The translations under genes were made by a program, and so were the position numbers. DNA of 37,044 bases from the NCBI GenBank assembly GCA_040752695.1, contig JBFMGO010000049.1:1-37044 (forward strand). Reading direction: 5' to 3'. Each line of letters begins with the position of its first letter. Within the stretch, counting starts at the first letter, position 1. The DNA is from a bacterium. GTDB taxonomy: Bacteria; SZUA-182; DTGQ01. Below are positions 32,336 through 37,044 of this stretch, in pieces. Below the pieces are notes generated by a model that made no database searches, had not been told where the DNA came from, and saw nothing but the letters and a program-made list of their open reading frames with translations.

Positions 32336-35005
32336 GTGGCAAAAACCAATATCAGGCGAAAGTATTACCATGTCGTAAAAATTGCATTAGCGTTTGGCTG
32401 GCTTTTTCTTTTATCATTGCTTTTCTTAAATTCAGAATCACGGGCAGAGGACGCAAGGGGGCCACACCTTGCCTCAATTACTCCATCTTTAGTCTATTCA
32501 GGTGGACCCACACCTATCACGATTGTGGGGGAAAACTTTTCCTCGGAAGTTACCGTCAGCATATATGGCGAAGGCATGGTTTTATCCGGGAAATATGCTA
32601 CCCTGGGTTTTGCCCGGGATGTGCAGGTTGTGGAAGGATATGCTTACCTGGCCGCTGACAGTGAAGGGCTGGAAGTGGTCAAGATCCAGGATGTTCGCAA
32701 TATTACGCAGGCAGGAAGCTGCGATACCCCCGGCACTGCCCAGGGGATCTGGGTACATGGCGAGTATGCCTATCTGGCCGATGGCGAACGGGGTCTCCAG
32801 GTAATCAACATCCGAGACCCCGAGAGTCCAAAACTGGTGACAGGGCTGTCTTTAGGCGGATATGCCTGGCATGTTACGGGAAGGGACAGCTATGTCTGTC
32901 TGGCCAATGATCAGGGTCTGGCCATAGTCGATATCCATGACCCGGAACATCCCACTTTAAAAGCCACCTGCGAGACGCCCGGCTCTGCCTGCGGGGTTTC
33001 TCTGGCAGGGAATTATGCCTATGTGGCGGACTGGTCAAAGGGGATCGAGATCATTCGGTTATCAGATCCAAATCTTCCGCAACTGGTCCGGACCTTCGAT
33101 ACGTCCGGTCTGGCCAAGGGAGTGTGCACTGTCGGTGAATATGCCTATGTGGCAGATGGCGCCAGCGGTTTGAAAGTGATTCATGTCAATGATCCGGAAA
33201 ATCCGCTCCTGATCGCCAGTCTGGACATCCCCGGTGATGCCGAAGGGATTCGGGTAGAGGGAAGCCGCGCTTACATAGCTGCAGCGGATGAGGGCCTTGC
33301 GATCGTAGACGTTCAGGTTCCGCAGGAGCCTGCTTTGATTGGAAGCTACGATACACAGGGCCTTGGCTGCGGTCTTTGGATTCATGACGATTATGTCTAT
33401 CTGGCCGATGGGCCGGAAGGATTGCAGGTTATTAACACTCACCGTTTTCCCTCACTGGGAGGATGTGACACGCCGGGCGATGTGCAGGGGCTCTGGGTAT
33501 CCGATGATTACGCCTACCTGGCCGGAGGGCAAAAAGGGCTCGAAATCGTTGCCCTGCAAGGAGTTCAAAAGCCGACGCTGCTGGTCAATTCTCAGCTTCA
33601 GGGAAATGCCCGGAAGGTTCTGGTATACGGGGATTATGCCTACGTGACCGACATCCGGACAGGCATCTATATCATCAACATCCGAAATCCGCAAAGCCCT
33701 CTGCCGGTTGGCAGCTACTATAGCCCCGGAACTACCTACGGTGCCTTCCTGGCCTATCCCCTGGCCTATGTTGCGGATGGAACCAAGGGAGTTGCCGTTC
33801 TCAACGTCAGTAATCCAGTCAGTCCAATGCTTCTGGGAAGAACCTATACACCTGGGACAGTAATGGATGTCTGCGTTCAGGGGAAAGTCGTCTATGCAGC
33901 GGATGGAGTCAATGGTCTGGTGATCATAAAAGCCGAATCACCGACTGCACCCGTGGCTGTAGGCCGCTGCAAAACACCGGGCACAGCCCAGGGGGTCTGG
34001 GTGGAAGACACTATCGCCTACGTAGCGGACGCAGACCATGGGCTGGCTTTGATTAATGTTCAGGACCAGACTAGCCCTTTTCTCATAGCCAGCATAGATA
34101 CGCCGGGAGATGCCTGTGACGTGACCGTGGAAAGCGATTTTGCTTACATAGCGGACGGACCGGGGGATCTGGCTGTGGTCGATGTCCATAATCCACAGAG
34201 GCCGGTACTGATTGCCCATATGGAGGTTCCCGGTACAGTCAGGGAAGTGTATCTGAAGGATGGGAAGATATATCTGGCCTCAGGAGAAGCAGGGCTGCAA
34301 ATCCTTTCCCAGTCGTCTTTCTGGACTCTGGAAGTTCAACAGGTAAACAGCAATGGTACGCAGATTCAGGCAGTTTTGCCACCTGGCCTTCGCCGCGGAG
34401 ACTATACTCTCCGGGTGACCAATGCCGATGGTCTGGCTGACTGGCAAACCGATATGCTGGGCATCAGCGGAACCGTGTATATCGCAGAAGGACTCAATCT
34501 CCTGCTCTGTCCCAATGGCGGTGAGGGGATCAGGTACTCCGATGAGCTTTTAGCCTATCTGGGCGAGGAGTATGCCAAGTCGGTGCAGGGCTATGACCAG
34601 ATAAGCCAGAAATTTCAGACCACATCCTGGGTTAATGGCCAGATTCAGGGAAAAGAGTTTGTCCTCGGCGAATCCGCCTGCTGCCTGCTTTATATGAAGC
34701 AAGGCAGGATGGTGGACTTTTCCATCGATCAGATCAGTGTATTTTCTTTATCGAATCTGTCAGGCAAGTTAACTCCCGGCCTCAACCTGCTTGGCATCCC
34801 GGCAGGTTTCCCGCCGGATATTTCAACCTCCTACCAGTTATTGGCCGAATTCCTGAAGACCGGAGATGTTTCCAGCCTTCAACGATATAACCAGCAAACA
34901 GGCATTTGGCTTACAACCTATCAGTTCATGGGCCAAAGCTGCGGGGATATTTATCCTGTGCCAAAGGGCGAAGGATGTCTGTTATACCTCCCTCCTGCGC
35001 ATTAA
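32336..35005 (+). CDS. Exported LVIVD-repeat (14 repeats) beta-propeller protein with IPT/TIG-like segments
   Basis: Signal peptide; 14 repeats of DTPG.A..V...YAY(V/L)ADG..GL.(I/V)(I/V)D; C-terminal duplicated GLNLL domain. Confidence 0.88.
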   Translation: MAKTNIRRKYYHVVKIALAFGWLFLLSLLFLNSESRAEDARGPHLASITPSLVYSGGPTPITIVGENFSSEVTVSIYGEGMVLSGKYATLGFARDVQVVEGYAYLAADSEGLEVVKIQDVRNITQAGSCDTPGTAQGIWVHGEYAYLADGERGLQVINIRDPESPKLVTGLSLGGYAWHVTGRDSYVCLANDQGLAIVDIHDPEHPTLKATCETPGSACGVSLAGNYAYVADWSKGIEIIRLSDPNLPQLVRTFDTSGLAKGVCTVGEYAYVADGASGLKVIHVNDPENPLLIASLDIPGDAEGIRVEGSRAYIAAADEGLAIVDVQVPQEPALIGSYDTQGLGCGLWIHDDYVYLADGPEGLQVINTHRFPSLGGCDTPGDVQGLWVSDDYAYLAGGQKGLEIVALQGVQKPTLLVNSQLQGNARKVLVYGDYAYVTDIRTGIYIINIRNPQSPLPVGSYYSPGTTYGAFLAYPLAYVADGTKGVAVLNVSNPVSPMLLGRTYTPGTVMDVCVQGKVVYAADGVNGLVIIKAESPTAPVAVGRCKTPGTAQGVWVEDTIAYVADADHGLALINVQDQTSPFLIASIDTPGDACDVTVESDFAYIADGPGDLAVVDVHNPQRPVLIAHMEVPGTVREVYLKDGKIYLASGEAGLQILSQSSFWTLEVQQVNSNGTQIQAVLPPGLRRGDYTLRVTNADGLADWQTDMLGISGTVYIAEGLNLLLCPNGGEGIRYSDELLAYLGEEYAKSVQGYDQISQKFQTTSWVNGQIQGKEFVLGESACCLLYMKQGRMVDFSIDQISVFSLSNLSGKLTPGLNLLGIPAGFPPDISTSYQLLAEFLKTGDVSSLQRYNQQTGIWLTTYQFMGQSCGDIYPVPKGEGCLLYLPPAH

Positions 35006-35043
35006 AACATATATCGAGATAGTGACTTAATCCGATTTATCAA

Positions 35044-35994
35044 TTAGTTCAAAATCAATTTTTCTATTTCTTCACAGCTTGCGGCCGTTCTGATGGCTTC
35101 CTTGATCCTCTCTAACTGCTCGATTGAATCTATCCGGCTGATCTGTGCATAAAGTCTGAGGCTCTCCTCTTCACCAAACTTCAGCTCCAGCCCAAGACAG
35201 ATGGCTTCCTTGAGCCCCTTTTTTCTGCCTTCCAGTAATCCCTCTTGCCTTCCCTGCTGGAGACCCTGCTGGAGACCCTGCTCAAGCGCCTTGGTTAGTG
35301 CGCCTCGCTGGTCCTGGATGAACATTTCACGCCGTTCCTGATCATCCAGTTCCTCACGGGTCAGGTTTGCCTTATTGGCTATCCGGAAGGCATGAGATAT
35401 GGGCTGCTCGACTGCCAGGGTTTGAGGCACAACCTCAAGAGATCGTGCATTCTTCAGGAAGTATATCCATTTGTCGGTGATATCCGCTAACTGCTCTTCG
35501 GTTTTGTTAAACTTGGGCAGTTCGACGAACACCAGTTCGAGATCGGAGTTGGGGTACTGGAAAAAGTTATCCTTGTCCATGAGGCAGAACTTGCTGATAA
35601 TATTGGGGGATGACTCGAACATGATAAAATCGGTGATGGTAAGAGCTATAACCGGATTCAGGCTGGGGTAGTCTTCTCCCTCCCCTATTTGTATGGAGTA
35701 TGCTTTGGCTGCATTGTACAGCACCCTCTTTTCAAAGCCAGCCACATTCAATACCTGCATCTCTATGATAAATTCCCTCCCATCCCTACTCCTGGCTTTG
35801 ACATCAAGATAAGTATCTTTCATCCCCGCTATCTTTGGTGCCTGATAAGGGTCGATGATTGTCAGATCGATAATCTCATGCTCAGGAGCAAAGCGCAGCA
35901 TGGCGTTGATAAAAGAAAGCAGAATGTCCTTACTCTCACTGCTCCCGAATATCTTCTTAAAGGCAAAATCCGTCTTGGGATTCAGAAAACGCAT
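35044..35994 (-). CDS. Rpn family recombination-promoting nuclease / PD-(D/E)XK putative transposase
   Basis: FLNPKTDFAFKKIFG, LDVKA..IIEMQ, RVLYN, FVELPKF, WIYFLK, QGLQQGLQQGRQEG tail; RBS GGAG. Confidence 0.92.
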   Translation of the reverse strand: MRFLNPKTDFAFKKIFGSSESKDILLSFINAMLRFAPEHEIIDLTIIDPYQAPKIAGMKDTYLDVKARSRDGREFIIEMQVLNVAGFEKRVLYNAAKAYSIQIGEGEDYPSLNPVIALTITDFIMFESSPNIISKFCLMDKDNFFQYPNSDLELVFVELPKFNKTEEQLADITDKWIYFLKNARSLEVVPQTLAVEQPISHAFRIANKANLTREELDDQERREMFIQDQRGALTKALEQGLQQGLQQGRQEGLLEGRKKGLKEAICLGLELKFGEEESLRLYAQISRIDSIEQLERIKEAIRTAASCEEIEKLILN

Positions 35995-36152
35995 ACTCTC
36001 CTTGCTCCTTTACTCCTTAAACCGAAAGTTAATAGCTTCTTGCATATATTGTACCTGATCTTTCGGATATCTGCCAACAAGATATGCGATCAACCCACAT
36101 CACTTCATAATCATCGATCAGAGGCATGGAGCACTTTGCGGGTTAATTGGGC

Positions 36153-36503
36153 TCAGGTGTCCCTTTTATCGTCATTCTGCATGATGGCCGCTATGATTTT
36201 GAGGAGCTTGCGCTCATTGTGCATAACTGCGAACAGGAAAAGGAACATAGCCAATAAGAGAAAACCGCAGGTAATGACCATCACCGGGCATATAGCGGCT
36301 AGGAGTAATAATGTTGAATTGGCTAATGAGCCTTTTTTAATCAAGTCTATGACATGGTAAGGATTGGCCAGTAAAGGGTACCGGAAAGAGAAATAGAGAC
36401 AGAAACCGATGAAAGCCGCTAAAGACAAACTCCCGACCCAGGGCCATGCTCTATTAAGCCGGCTTCTTTTCGAGATATACCGTACCTGTGCTTCAGTCAA
36501 CAT
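36153..36503 (-). CDS. Small hypothetical membrane protein
   Basis: 116 aa with two hydrophobic segments; RBS GAGGG/GGGGA. Confidence 0.7.
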   Translation of the reverse strand: MLTEAQVRYISKRSRLNRAWPWVGSLSLAAFIGFCLYFSFRYPLLANPYHVIDLIKKGSLANSTLLLLAAICPVMVITCGFLLLAMFLFLFAVMHNERKLLKIIAAIMQNDDKRDT

Positions 36504-36580
36504 GGTCCCCTGCCCTCAAGCTCTTTTCTCCAGGAAGCATCTGTAATTCAGCATCAGTATGCCTTCAGGGAGGAAATTTC

Positions 36581-36716
36581 CGTGCTCTCATCACGGGGCA
36601 TGCTCTCATCATGACATGCTCTTATCGTGGCGTGATACAGGATAGTAGCACTTTCTATGGTGCCAAGTCAATATTCAATGGGTTGACTTTACCCATTGGG
36701 TTGACCTTACCCATTG
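36581..36716. repeat. Two short tandem arrays (16-18 bp x3; 18 bp x2)
   Basis: CRTGCTCTYATC units at 36581, 36599 and 36615; TGGGTTGACYTTACCCAT at 36679 and 36697. Confidence 0.75.
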
Positions 36717-36916
36717 CCTTTTTAGCAGGTTAAAAGCGGTTCTCGATTACCCTCCCGTCCTGCCTCTCCCCCCGACCCTGCCACTCAGCGAACAAATTCA
36801 GACAAGTCTGTTGCTGAGACAATCCCCTGTTTTTACAGATTTAACAATAAGGTGAAGACATTGTACAGAGGCCAAAAAGAAGAGTCTATCCGGAGATACT
36901 AAGACAGGTACTCGCG

Positions 36917-37044
36917 ATGTCACCCTCAACTACTCGAGAGATGCTCTTGAGCGGCCCGGCTATCTCAGAGACGGAGATCACTCCTGAAATCGAGGAATTA
37001 GCGCGGGGACTGGAACACAATCCCAAATACATCTACGAGTACGT
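36917..37044 (+). CDS. Partial CDS running off the window; transglutaminase-like N-terminal segment of the kind seen in large RHS-type proteins
   Basis: The frame is open from 36851 to the window end and encodes EITPEIEELARGLEHNPKYIYEY; start uncertain (ATG 36917 or 36941). Confidence 0.45.
   Translation, partial: MSPSTTREMLLSGPAISETEITPEIEELARGLEHNPKYIYEY

Noticed and set aside
35044..35994. Rpn gene as an active IS element
   Set aside because: No terminal inverted repeats or target duplication seen around the gene.
35689..36360. 223-aa plus-strand ORF
   Set aside because: Antisense to two better-supported genes (Rpn and the small membrane protein).

Overview
A 37-kb bacterial chromosomal segment, AT-rich in the first ~1.4 kb and about 50% GC elsewhere. 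The gene content suggests an anaerobe; the taxon cannot be fixed from the sequence. Main contents, in order: (1) an exported cohesin+dockerin protein with four 93-bp GCMDP..DDGSC repeats; (2) a truncated chemoreceptor-like gene; (3) a minus-strand arsP-arsR-thioredoxin-hypothetical-DGC-arsF-like-arsG-like operon; (4) a frameshifted exported Pro-rich gene, a decayed paralog and an orphan C-terminal fragment; (5) a ~1,460-aa exported beta-helix/Ig protein with a Ser/Tyr/Gly tail; (6) a Fic protein with a destroyed catalytic motif; (7) an almost uncharged exported Pro/Thr protein, DUF3795 and DUF1385 genes; (8) the futalosine menaquinone genes in two convergent units (tetR-mqnE-mqnC-deaminase-mqnA and mqnB-mqnD) separated by rsgA and a lone recC; (9) a 14-repeat LVIVD protein, an Rpn/PD-(D/E)XK nuclease and a small membrane protein. 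Non-coding signals include a perfect TetR-type operator, a duplicated ArsR-type promoter/operator, MITE-like elements flanked by CTNAG, and CGTC-type palindromes. The most striking pattern is more than a dozen unrelated, short, stepwise-diverging tandem-repeat arrays at gene junctions and in protein termini or linkers. No rRNA, tRNA or CRISPR array was seen. All family assignments come from motif recognition by eye, not database searches.
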